In this document: positions 35,045 to 45,132 of the stretch, in pieces
How positions within the stretch are numbered: the stretch's first letter is position 1
Layout of the letters: the number at the start of each line of letters is the position of its first letter
DNA from: an uncultured Chloroflexia bacterium
GTDB taxonomy: Bacteria > Chloroflexota > Anaerolineae > CG2-30-64-16
Assembly: GCA_963774265.1 (NCBI GenBank)
Contig: CAVZDU010000003.1
Location: 1 to 64,000, forward strand
Direction: 5' to 3'
Length of the DNA stretch: 64,000 nucleotides
Translations under genes and position numbers: made by a program
The notes under the pieces: model-generated
Databases searched by the model: none
What the model was told of the DNA's origin: nothing
Seen by the model: only the letters and a program-made list of their open reading frames with translations

Positions 35045-36052
35045 CTACTTCGGCAATACCCTCAGCGGATCGATCAACCACCCATAGTCGCGGACCTCGA
35101 AATGCAGGTGTGGACCGGTGATGTTCCCGTTTGCGCCGGTCAATCCGATCACCTGGCCCTTGCCTACCACCTCGCCCGTGTCCACGTAGATGTCGCTCAG
35201 GTGGGCGTAAAGCGTCACGTAGTCCGTGCCATGATCGATCACCACCCGGAAGCCGTAGCCCGTCGGGTTCCACCCTGCCATGATCACCTTGCCGCGGTCT
35301 GCAGCCCGGACTTGAGTCCCCAGGGGCACGGCAATGTCGAGCGCGGTGTGCCCTTCATGCGCGCCCTGGGAAAGCCATCCGCCCGTCACCGGCCAGATGA
35401 ACTGCCCGTCGCCATAGGGCCATTCCTCGTACTCCGTGCCGCCCCACTGATCTTCCGGCCGGCTGACCGTTGTCCGGTCCGCGCGGGGCCTGGCGTCGGT
35501 ACGTGCGCCGGGCAGGAGGATGCGCTGCTTGGGCGTGACCCCATACGGCGGCGAGCTGAAGCCGTTCCACGGGATCGCGACAATCTGCTCGACCGTCACT
35601 TTGCTGCGTCGGGCGATCCCGGCCAATGTGTCACCCTTGCGAACGGTATAGCAGAGATCGTTGAGCGCGGGGACCACGATGGTTTGTCCGGCGGTCAATT
35701 TTTCAGCGTCTGCGCCGGTCGGCGTCGTGACACACGACATGGTGTCGAGATCGCGGCCGAAGTCGAGGGCCAACGACCAGAGTGTGTCGTCGGGCTTGAC
35801 AAGGTAGGTGAATGACGCGGCGTTCAGAACTGCAGGTGACTCGCTGGCAACGAACGGCAGGTAGACCCGTGAGAGCGCTCCGCCTGGGGTGAGTGCCAGG
35901 AGCTCCTCGAGGGTGAGTGGCCTGGGAGTCGATGTTGGCTGGGGAGTGGGCGTCGTTATGACCGGCGTCGCAGGCGCGCCAAGAACGGTGCTGTGCAGAA
36001 GCAGGGCGAACACCAGCACCAGAAACCCGGCTAGCAGTGCGGATCTCTTCAT
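35045..36052 (-). CDS. LysM + M23 peptidase family protein
   Basis: Signal peptide, YLVKPDDTL and YTVRKGDTL, HTALD, YAHLS, TGPHLHFEV. Confidence 0.9.
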   Translation of the reverse strand: MKRSALLAGFLVLVFALLLHSTVLGAPATPVITTPTPQPTSTPRPLTLEELLALTPGGALSRVYLPFVASESPAVLNAASFTYLVKPDDTLWSLALDFGRDLDTMSCVTTPTGADAEKLTAGQTIVVPALNDLCYTVRKGDTLAGIARRSKVTVEQIVAIPWNGFSSPPYGVTPKQRILLPGARTDARPRADRTTVSRPEDQWGGTEYEEWPYGDGQFIWPVTGGWLSQGAHEGHTALDIAVPLGTQVRAADRGKVIMAGWNPTGYGFRVVIDHGTDYVTLYAHLSDIYVDTGEVVGKGQVIGLTGANGNITGPHLHFEVRDYGWLIDPLRVLPK

Positions 36053-36161
36053 AGGTGCGCGTATGATACAGCGGAGTAGGCAGACGCGCAAGCCCGCTAT
36101 ACACCCCAGAGCGCATGGCGGGCCATTTGATCTCCTTTTTCGCGAAGATCTGCGGGCGCTG

Positions 36162-37178
36162 CTAATACGTCAGCCTGCTCTTCCCCGAGACACGTACCCG
36201 GAAGATGTAGAAATTCCACCCCTGGTACAGCAACACGACGGGCACCATCACCAGCGCGATGATGGTCATGACGCGCAGGGTGTAGGGCGTGGAGGAGGCG
36301 TTGGTCACGGTCAGGCTCCAGTCCGGGTTCAGGCTGGAGACCATGACCCGCGGATACAGCCCCCGGAAGGTGGTCACGACGGTCAGGGCGATGGTCAGGG
36401 CGGTCATGGCGAAGGCCCAGCCGAACCGCCGCTGGGTGAGGAACCACCCGCCGACCAGGAACGCCGCACCTGCGCCGATGGCGCTGATGCCCGGGTTGAC
36501 GCCCAGCCGCTGGAAGATGTCCGTGGCGAAGTAGGTTGCCACGACGGTCGCGGCGCCCACGACAAGAACTACAGGCCACAACTGGTTGGCCAGCGCTTCC
36601 GCGCGGCCCCGCACCTCGTCCGTGGTGCGCAGGCTGAGGAGCAGCGCGCCGTGCAGGGTGAAGACCCCCAGCCCCGCCAGCCCGCCCAGCAGGGCATACG
36701 GGATTCAGCAGGTTGAAGAAGCCGCCGACGTACTGCATGTTCGCGTCGATCGGCACCCCGCGCACGATGTTGGCCATCGCCACGCCCCACAGCAGGGCCG
36801 GGATCGCGCTGCCGGCGAAGATGGACCAGTCCCACAGCGTGCGCCAGCGGGGACTCTTGTCCTTGCTGCGGAATTCGAACGCCACCGCCGCGGACGATCA
36901 GGGCCACCAGCATCAGGAACAGGGCCAGGTAGAAGCCGCTGAACAGGGTGGCGTACCAGTTGGGGAACGCCGCAAACATCGCGCCGCCCGCGGTCAGCAG
37001 CCACACCTCGTTGCCGTCCCACAACGGGCCGATGGTGTTGATGATCATGCCGGCGCTCCTCGTCCTTCTTGCCCAGGAACGGCAGCAGGATGCCGACGCC
37101 GTAGTCGAAGCCCTCCAGGATGAAGAAACCGGTGAACAGCACGCCGATCAGGATGAACCAGAGCGTATTGAGTTCCAT
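36162..37178 (-). CDS. cydB: Cytochrome bd oxidase subunit II (apparent frameshifts)
   Basis: FFILEGFDYGVG, WDGNEVWL, FEFRSK, NASSTPYTL, YQGWNFYIFR. Confidence 0.92.
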
Positions 37179-37194
37179 CGTTGCCTCCGTGAGA

Positions 37195-38618
37195 TCAGGA
37201 CGGGCGCAGCACGAACGCGTCCTCGTCAGATGCGCCGCCGCCCCGGGTCATCGTGGGCACGCCGTCGTTCGCGATCAGTTCCGTGTCGGCCCGCGCGTAC
37301 TTCGACCAGCAGGTAGACGTCGGCCACCATCAGCACGCCGTACACCAGCGTGAAGCCGATCAGGGAGGCCAGCACCAGCCCGCCGGAGACGGTCGCTGAG
37401 ACGCCCTGCTCGGTCCTCAGCAGGCCGAAGACGATCCACGGCTGCCGGCCCATCTCGGTCAGGATCCAGCCGGTGCTGTTGGCCAGATAGGGCAGGGCGA
37501 TGGCGAAGGGCAGCGCCGACGAGCAGCAGCGACCGCTTCGCCCACGTGGTTGCGCAGTGCCTGCATACAATGCCCAAGCCGCGAGCACCAGCATCAGGAA
37601 CCCGGCGCCGACCATCGCGCGGAAGGTCCAGTAGATCACGAACGACGAAGGGCACATAGTCGCCCGCGCCGTACTTCTGCTCGTACTCAGCCTGGAGGTC
37701 GTTGATGCCTTTGACCTCGCCGCTGGGCTGGTTGTAGGCCAGGATGCTCAACAGCGGCAGGGATGCGGATGGCGAACACGTCCTTGCGGTTGCGCATATC
37801 GCCGATGGTGAAGAGCGACATGGACGCCGGGTTCTCGCTCTCCCACAACGCCTCGGCGGCCGCCATCTTCATCGGCTGCGTCCGCACCATGTGCTGCGCC
37901 TGGCGAGTGGCCGACGAGGATCACCATCACCGAGCCGATGAGTGCAGCGACGTCGCGGCCACCTGGAACGACTGCAGAAGAAAGTCCGGTCGCGGTCCTC
38001 CGTACAGCAACCGCCAGGCGGTGATGCCGAGCATGAAGAACGCCGCGGTGGCCAGGCCGCAGAAGAAGACGTGCGGCCACTGCACCCACACGTGCGGATT
38101 GGTGACCAGTGCGCCGAAGTCGGTCATCTCGGCCCGGCCGTTGCGGAGGATATAGCCGACCGGCTCCTGCATGAAGGAGTTGGCGATCAGGATCCAGAGC
38201 GCGGAGAGGTTGGCGCCGAGTGGCGACCAGCCAGATCGCGGCAGATGCAGCTTCTTGGGAGCTTGTCCCAGCCGAAGATCCACATGCCGAGGAAAGTGGA
38301 TTCGAGGAAGAAGGCCAGCAGCGCCTCGATGGCCAGGGGAGCGCCGAAGATGTCACCGACAAAGCGGGAGTACTCCGACCAGTTCATGCCGAACTGAAAT
38401 TCCTGGACGATGCCGGTGACGACGCCCATGGCGAAGTTGATGAGGAACAGCTTGCCCCAGAACTTCGTCATGCGCTTCCACGTTTCGTCGCCGGTGACGA
38501 ACCAGATGGTTTGCATGATGGCGACCAGCACCGAGAGCCCCAGTGTCAGGGGCACGAAGAAGAAGTGGTAGACGGTGGTGATTGCGAACTGCCATCGGGC
38601 CAGGATCACTGGGTCCAT
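37195..38618 (-). CDS. cydA: Cytochrome bd oxidase subunit I (apparent frameshifts)
   Basis: [55 protein letters not shown]. Confidence 0.93.
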
Positions 38619-38682
38619 GGACTGTCCTCCTTTGCTCTTGCGGGTCAGCCAGAGGTTGCCGGGTGCAGGTAAAAGTTGGCTC

Positions 38683-38710
38683 AGCATAGCGGATTTCGCC
38701 ATCTTGTCAA
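38683..38710 (-). promoter_or_regulatory. Putative cydAB promoter
   Basis: Minus strand TTGACA-N16-TATGCT. Confidence 0.55.
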
Positions 38711-38849
38711 GGATAAGGAGATTGCTGGGCTGTTGTAGGCGCTGGTTGATGAGCACCCGCGCAAGAGGGACTACGAGGCCTGAGGCAACGCTGGAAGGGG
38801 AGGAAGGAATGCAAGGGCGCCGAATAGGCTCGGCGCCCTTGCGGAGACG

Positions 38850-39281
38850 TTATTTCAGGGTCAGGAGATAGGCCACCAGATCGTTGATTTGCTGATCAGT
38901 CAGCTCGGTCTTGTAGTTCTGGGGCATGACGCTGGGGCCAAACCCCTCTACGAGTTCCCCGTTGGGGTCGACGAGCATCTCGCGCAACCATTCTGAAGCG
39001 CTCTTGGCCGTGCCCTTGTATTCCGGCTCCTTGAAGGCGCCAGCAGCATCGGTAGCGATTCCAGCCAGCGATGGGCCGACCAGGACCTTGCCGGCTTCTG
39101 TTGAGTGGCACGTGGCACATCCGGGCCCGTTGCTTTTGCCCAGGACTGCCTTGTGGAAGAGCGCGTCGCCACTGGAAGCATTTCCTACAGCACCCGACGC
39201 AGCGGGTGCAGGCTGACCGCCACCGCACGCGGCCACAAACAGGACGACCACCGTCAAAACGACCAAGATAGACTTCGACAT
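38850..39281 (-). CDS. Monoheme cytochrome c lipoprotein
   Basis: Lipobox VAAC, CATCH heme motif, VGPSLAG, distal Met in SVMP. Confidence 0.9.
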   Translation of the reverse strand: MSKSILVVLTVVVLFVAACGGGQPAPAASGAVGNASSGDALFHKAVLGKSNGPGCATCHSTEAGKVLVGPSLAGIATDAAGAFKEPEYKGTAKSASEWLREMLVDPNGELVEGFGPSVMPQNYKTELTDQQINDLVAYLLTLK

Positions 39282-39309
39282 GCTTTGCCTCCCTTTCCGT
39301 ACAATTCGT

Positions 39310-41321
39310 TCAGCGTTCACTCGTCTTGAATCGCGGTGCCAACGCCGCCTTGCCTGCCGCGGCGCTGTCTGCTTGTGCAGCTCCAGCCTTATTATGCCAC
39401 AAGCTGGCATCTTGCCGCGAACCGCCGTCTGGCGCCAGGCTGCCGTCTGGCCCCGGGCTGCCAGCTTTCGCATCGTGGGCGTCGGCCGTGCTCGCAGACG
39501 CGAGCATGGCAGTCACCTCGCTGCCATTCACCGTCTCGTGCTCGCACAGGCGCTCGGCCAGCCGGTCGAGGGTCGCCCGGTGAGCACTCAACAATGCCGA
39601 GGCCTGGCTCGAGCGCCTCCTCGACGAGACGCCGCGTTTCGGCATCCACCTGGCCGGCCGTCTCCTGGCTGACCCGGCTGTCCAGCCCCCATGCTTGTGG
39701 CCCCAGGTAGGCGGCCTGCGGGTCACCGGCCAGTCGCACCGGCCCCAGCGCCGGGCTCATGCCAAACTCGGTGACCATGCGCCGGGCCAGGTCGGTGGCG
39801 CGGGCCAGGTCATCGGATGGCGCCCGTCGAGACCTCGTCAAAGGTCAGCGACTCGGCCGCCCGTCCGCCCAGCATCACCGCCAGCCGTGCCCGCAGCTCA
39901 CTCTGGCTCAACAGGTAGCGATCCTCGATGGGCCGTTGGATGGTGTAGCCCAGCGCCCGCCCGCGCGGCACGATGGTGACCTTGTGCACCGGGTCGGTGC
40001 CGGGCAGCAGGCTCGCCACCAAGGCGTGGCCCGCCTCGTGCACCGCCACGGTCTGCTTCTCCCACGGGTTCATGGCCCGCGTGCGCCGTTCCGAGCCGGC
40101 GACCACCCGCTCGATGGCCTCGTCAAAGTCGGCCATCTCCACGGCGTCCTTGCCCTCACGGGCGGCTGCCAGCGCGGCCTGGTTGACCACGTTCTCCAGG
40201 TCGGCGCCCGAGAAGCCGGGCGTGATGCGGGCCACGGCCTGCAGGTCCACATCCGGCTGCCAGGGTGACCGGGCGCGCATGGATGCTCAGGATCTCTTGC
40301 CGGCCCACCAGATCGGGCAGGTCCACCGTGATCTGGCGGTCGAAGCGGCCGGGCCGCAAGAGCGCCGGGTCGAGCACTTCGGGCCGGTTGGTGGCTGCCA
40401 TCACGATCACGCCGTGCTGCGACTCGAAGCCGTCCATCTCGGCCAGCAGTTGGTTGAGGGTCTGTTCCCGTTCCTCGTGCGCGCCCATGGCGCCCGCCCC
40501 GGCCCGCCGGCCGCCGATGGCGTCGAGCTCGTCGATAAAGATGATGCTGGGCGCGGCCTTCTTGGCCTGCTCGAACAGGTCGCGCACCCGCGAGGCGCCG
40601 ACCCCCACGAACATCTCGACAAACTCCGAGGCGCTGACCGAGAAGAAGGGCGCGCCCGCCTCGCCGGCGGTGGCCTTGGCCAGCAGCGTCTTGCCGGTGC
40701 CCGGCGCGCCGACCAGAATGACGCCCTTGGTCATCCTGCCGCCCAGGCGTTGGAAGCGGGCCGGGTCCTTGAGGTACTCGGTGATCTCCCGTAACTCGTC
40801 CACTGCCTCGCCGGCCCCACCCACGTTCTGGAAGGTGACGCCCGTCTGCTCGCCCTGGATGACGCGCGCCTTGCTCTTGCCGAAGGAGAAGATGCCGCCG
40901 GCGCCCCCGGCGCCTCCGCCGCGCCCCTCATGCTCTTGAGCATCGAAGTACCCGAAGGCGCCAAACAGGACCAGGGGCAGGACCCAGCCCAGCAACGCCA
41001 GGATGCCCCCGTTGCTGGCGACCTGGCCGGTGGCATTGACCTTGTTGGCTTCCAGGTCTTTGAGCAAGTCCGGGTCATCTACCCGCACGGTGTGGTAGAG
41101 CCTTGCCGTCGGCCAGCTTGCCGGAGATCTGGTCGATGCCGACCGTGGCGGTCTCGATCTGCCCGGCACGCAGCGCGGTCTTGAACTCGGTGTAGGTCAT
41201 TTCGGTCGTGGGCGTGCCCAGTGACCCGCCAAACAGCATCTGGAGCAGCACGGCCGCTACGATCACCGGCAGCAGCAACCCAAGTGAGGACTTGAGCACC
41301 CGACCGGTAAGCTTTTAACAT
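39310..41321 (-). CDS. ftsH: Second FtsH paralogue (several apparent frameshifts)
   Basis: [44 protein letters not shown] across ORFs. Confidence 0.88.
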
Positions 41322-41374
41322 GTTCCCTCTTCGCGCCGGCGAGCACGAGTCAGGGAATACCTCTGAAGATGCTG

Positions 41375-41820
41375 CTAGCCAGAGCCCGCCGGCGCCCTAG
41401 GCATCACCGCGTCCAACAGCTCACTCGTGGGACAACCCTTGAGCAGAAAGGCGTCTGCACCGGCTGCCAGAACGGACGTGCGATCTGTGGCATACATCGT
41501 CAGCACCACGATCCTGATGGCCGGCCACCTGCTCTTGATCATCTCGGATCGCTGGCCAGCCATCCAGCCTCGGCTCAGGAGCGGACGCGCGTGCAGGTGC
41601 AGATCCATCACCACGACATCCGGGTGGAGCGCCCGCACCTGCTCGACCGCCTCCTGGCCATTCTCTGCTTCGCCGACGATCTCAAGGGGAAAGCAGCCGG
41701 CACTGGCCCGGCTCCCTCGGCATCACTGGGAGTGCTCCAACGCATAGCCGTGAGCAGGGCTTTCAGGCTGCGCCGGGCTCTCGGTTGGTCGTCGGCGATG
41801 AGCACTCGCAGTACGCACAT
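41375..41820 (-). CDS. Single-domain response regulator receiver (apparent frameshifts)
   Basis: RVLIADDQP, VGEAENGQEA, PDVVVMD, IVVLTMY, GADAFLLKG. Confidence 0.75.
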
Positions 41821-41826
41821 AATATT

Positions 41827-42063
41827 CACTCGCCTGATGTCTTCTCGTTCGGCCGCCGGGGCGTCCTGGTGGTCATGCATCCATCGGTTGCTCTGTGACT
41901 CGGCGTGCTGCCTGGTGTAGCCATATTTCTCCTGCAGCGCGTCCGCCAGCCGCTCGGCTTTGCCCCCGATCCTTTCCAGGTCGTCATCGGTCAGCTTGCC
42001 CCACCATTTTCTCGTCTGTCCACGCACCAGCCGCCACCTGGCCTCCAACATGTCGTTGTTCAT
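41827..42063 (-). CDS. CsbD family stress protein
   Basis: W..VRG...KWWGKLTDDDL..IGG....L...LQEKYGYT; 3' end uncertain. Confidence 0.85.
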
Positions 42064-42500
42064 CAGCTAGTCTCCTGGGTTCTTGCACGGGGTTTCTGGC
42101 CTCGTATTTTCCCAAAGTACTGGCGAACTTTCGCCGCGATCTGGGGATCCGTCATCTTGTCTGCGGTTTCGACCCCAACGATCCGCTCGCCGAGCTCTTC
42201 ACGCTCAAGACGCTGCTGAAGTTCACCCTTTGCCTCACCAGGACCAAAGATCAAAATCGCATCTGCCTCTCGCACAACTCTGATGACCTTGTCGTAGTAC
42301 TGGCTGAGCTGGTTTCCAAAGCGCCTGTCTTGTTGGTCTTCTTCCAGCGAGGTCCCGGGTCCATCAAAGCGCGAACCGCCGGAAAACCGAACATCCTTCT
42401 CTATGTCTGATGTAATGTGTTCGGTCTTCTCTCCGCCGGCAGAAAGCATGACTATGCTGGCCTGGCGATGGTCAATCCACAAACCCGCTGCGCTTTTCAT
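42063..42500 (-). CDS. Small eRF1-domain-2-like / host-attachment-like conserved protein
   Basis: GLWIDHRQA, YYDKV, ILIFGPGEAK.EL, ETADKMTDPQIAAKVR; AGGAG RBS. Confidence 0.7.
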   Translation of the reverse strand: MKSAAGLWIDHRQASIVMLSAGGEKTEHITSDIEKDVRFSGGSRFDGPGTSLEEDQQDRRFGNQLSQYYDKVIRVVREADAILIFGPGEAKGELQQRLEREELGERIVGVETADKMTDPQIAAKVRQYFGKIRGQKPRARTQETS

Positions 42501-42553
42501 GGGTATTTGCTCCTTTGTTCGGGTGTCGCCGCTGGATGCATGGCGCTGGTTGG

Positions 42554-42760
42554 TTAGCCGCCTGCGGAGGGCTTGTGAGCCGCTTGCTTCAGACGGCGCC
42601 GATGTGTGCGCTCACTTTTCGACAATCGCTTGGGCTTGATCTTGTCTGCCTTGTCTGTTTTGACTGGCTTGTCCGTTATGACTGGCTTGTCCGTTATGAC
42701 TGTCTTGTCCGTTATGACTGTCTTGTCCGTTATGACTGTCTTGTCCGTTATGTCTGCCAT
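42554..42760 (-). CDS. Small basic protein with (DKTVIT)n repeats
   Basis: GAGGAG RBS 9 nt before ATG at 42760; MADITDKTVIT...KPKRLSKSERTHRRRLKQAAHK. Confidence 0.6.
   Translation of the reverse strand: MADITDKTVITDKTVITDKTVITDKPVITDKPVKTDKADKIKPKRLSKSERTHRRRLKQAAHKPSAGG
42661..42750. repeat. 18-bp tandem repeat, 5 copies
   Basis: TGACTGGCTTGTCCGTTA x2 then TGACTGTCTTGTCCGTTA x3. Confidence 0.95.
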
Positions 42761-42817
42761 TCTTGCCATCTCCTCATTCTTGTTACGAACCGGGGAGCTA
42801 TGCTTGTCCCAGTTCAA

Positions 42818-42933
42818 AGCATAGCGGAAGGAGGGCAATCTTGTCGTCAGCGCAAACGCTAGGTTTTTCACAGCAGAAGGGCCGCCCCGGAGGGCCGCCC
42901 TTCTGCTATTTGTCGCATCTCATTTGTTGTATG
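42818..42933 (-). promoter_or_regulatory. Conserved intergenic element copy A (terminator hairpin + AGCG-N4-CGCT + TATGCT)
   Basis: Shares CATACAACAAA, the GGGC..CCCTCYGG..GGCCCTT hairpin, CTAGCGTTTGCGCTGACG and CTTCCGCTATGCT with 52076-52232 and 56369-56531. Confidence 0.75.
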
Positions 42934-42971
42934 GCGGTCTTGGCGCCCAGTTGAGGCGCCAGCCGGCGCAC

Positions 42972-43006
42972 AAAAAGGACCAGGTCTCGCATGGAAACCT
43001 GGTCCT
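42972..43006 (-). terminator. Intrinsic terminator after Zn-ribbon gene
   Basis: Minus strand AGGACCAGGTTTC-CATGC-GAGACCTGGTCCT then TTTT. Confidence 0.8.
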
Positions 43007-43039
43007 GTCGCTGGTTAGGCTATGGGGCGCTGACTATTT

Positions 43040-43396
43040 CTAGTAGCGTCCACCGCCCGATCGGGAACCGCTGGAGCGGCCGCTGTAGCTGCTGCTGCCC
43101 TGCTGGGTGCGGAAGCAGTCGGAGCAATAAACCGGCCGGTCGCCACGAGGTTGGAACGGCACTTCGGTCTGCTTGCCACATTGGGCGCAAACCGCCGGGT
43201 ACATCTGGCGTTCGCTGCCGTAGCTGCTGCCGCCACCGTAGCTGCTGCCGCCGTTGCGCGCAGCCTTGCGGGCGGCGCGGCAGTCGGGGCAGCGACCGGG
43301 AGTGGAGAAACCCTTGGATTGGAAGAATTCCTGTTCGCTCTCGGTGAAAGTGAACTGCTGGCCGCAGTCCGTGCAAGTAAGTGTTTGGTCTGACAT
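43040..43396 (-). CDS. Zinc-ribbon + CxxC-x17-CxxC domain protein with Gly/Ser/Arg-rich linkers
   Basis: LTCTDCGQQFTFTESEQEFF..KGF..PGRCPDCR; YPAVCAQCGKQTEVPFQPRGDRPVYCSDCF. Confidence 0.9.
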   Translation of the reverse strand: MSDQTLTCTDCGQQFTFTESEQEFFQSKGFSTPGRCPDCRAARKAARNGGSSYGGGSSYGSERQMYPAVCAQCGKQTEVPFQPRGDRPVYCSDCFRTQQGSSSYSGRSSGSRSGGGRY

Positions 43397-43602
43397 GTTA
43401 GTCTCGCTAACTCCTGTTGATGATATATTCATGGAGACATCCAGCAGTGCAAGAGCAGCGAGGCGTTTATTCTGAGGGAGCAACTAGACCTGATCGGTTC
43501 CGAACCACTGATTTCTATGAATTAATTAGATAATATCACAGCCCCGACGAAAATGCAAATCTGGCGACATCGCGCGTTTCGAGCTGCCGAATTCGCACTC
43601 AG

Positions 43603-45083
43603 CTACTGCACGTGCAGCTCGGTGACCAGGCGACAGTGGAATCCGTAGATCGCGAGAGTCACCGCCAGCGGGAACAACTTGGGACGTCGGAACAGAGCCC
43701 AGAAGAGCAAGGGCCCAGTAGTGCGCCGCGCTCCGTGCCCCGAATGCCGAGCTGGTACACGGAACGGAAGAACGCCATGACATAGTCCAGCTCCAGGTGC
43801 AGGCTGACCTTCGGCGCCCGGTACTCGCGCAGGAAGGTCCGCACCCGCGCGTAGTAGAGCCGTGGCGAGTAGATCTGACCCAACAGCCAGCGGTAGCCCT
43901 GGCGTAGGGGTTCGAGGCCCATCTCAGGGATGATGTTGGTCGAGCCATCAACATTGTCGCCGGTCATCTCGCTGGTCAGGCGGCCCTCACGCTGCATACG
44001 CTCGTAGAGGCGTGTCCCGTAGGGCGCCTGGAGCAGCCCCACCATGGCGGTGACAATGCCGCTCATCTGGATGAAGTCGACCTGTTGCTGGAAGATCGAA
44101 GGCGAGTCGCTGTCGAAGCCGACGATGAAACCGCCCTGCACCTGGAGGCCGGCGCGTTGGAGTCGCTTGACACTCTCAACCAGGTCCCGACCGCGGTTCT
44201 GGATCTTGCTGCACTCCGACAGCCCGGCATCGTTGGGCGTCTCGATGCCGACGAAGACCGTGGTGAAGCCCGCCTCGACCATCAGCCCCATCAACTCGGC
44301 GTCATCCGCAAGGTTGATCGACAACTCGGTGCTGAAGGGCATCCCTACCTTGTCCTGGCGCCACGCGATCAGCGCCGGCAGGACTTCGGTCTTGAGGATC
44401 TTCTTGTTGCCGATGAAGTTGTCATCCACGAAGAAGACGTTACCGCGCCATCCGATGGCGTACAAATTCTCCAACTCGGCGATGATTTGGTCCGCCGTCT
44501 TGGTGCGGGGTTTGTGCCCGAGGAGCGCGGTGATGTTGCAGAAGTCGCAGTTGAAGGGGCAGCCTCGGGAGAACTGGATGCTCACCGTATCGTACTGCCG
44601 CAGGTCCGCGAGTTGCCACCGGGGCACGGGCGTCTGGCGGATATCGGGGAATTCCGCGGTCGCGTAGACACGTTGCGGGTGTCCGGCCGCCAGGTCGGCC
44701 AGGAACGGGGGCAGCGTGATCTCGGCCTCATTGAGCACGAAATGGTCGACGGCGGGAAATCGCTCGTGTTCCCCAACAAATAGAGGCCCCCCGGCCACTA
44801 CCGTCAGGCCCGCCTGCTTGCAGCGCTCGATCGCAGCTCGGGCTGCGTCCCGCTGCACGATCATGGCGCTGACGAAGGCGATGTCGGCCCACGCGAGGTC
44901 CTCGTCGCTCAGGCTTTGCACGTTGAGGTCAACCAGCCGCGGCTCCCAGTCTGCGGGCAGCATGGCGGCCACTGTCAGCAGGCCCAGCGGCGGTGCGCCG
45001 GCTTTCTTGCGGATGAACTTGAGCGCGTGCTTGAAGCTCCAGAAGGTGTCGGGGAACTCAGGATAAACGAGTAAGACTTTCAA
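43603..45083 (-). CDS. B12-binding radical SAM protein (DUF4070, HpnP-like family); C-terminal apparent frameshift
   Basis: TFWSFKHAL, PPLGLLTVA, SRGCPFNCDFC, FVDDNF, FVGIET, GFIVGFD. Confidence 0.9.
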
Positions 45084-45132
45084 TGGCTCTCCTCTTCTCG
45101 ATCTATGGATTATGCGGCGCTCAGTTGTCTCG

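Noticed and set aside
41608-42063. Apparent CsbD-response regulator fusion
   Set aside because: Nearby indels and a TGA just before the receiver ATG in another frame suggest an artefact.
42661-42750. Possible CRISPR array
   Set aside because: Units are contiguous 18-mers with no unique spacers, and no cas genes are nearby. It is a coding VNTR.
43603-45083. B12 radical SAM enzyme as maturase of the YxxP peptide
   Set aside because: It is 7 kb away in a different transcription unit, shows no RRE or SPASM domain, and belongs to a widespread HpnP-like family.
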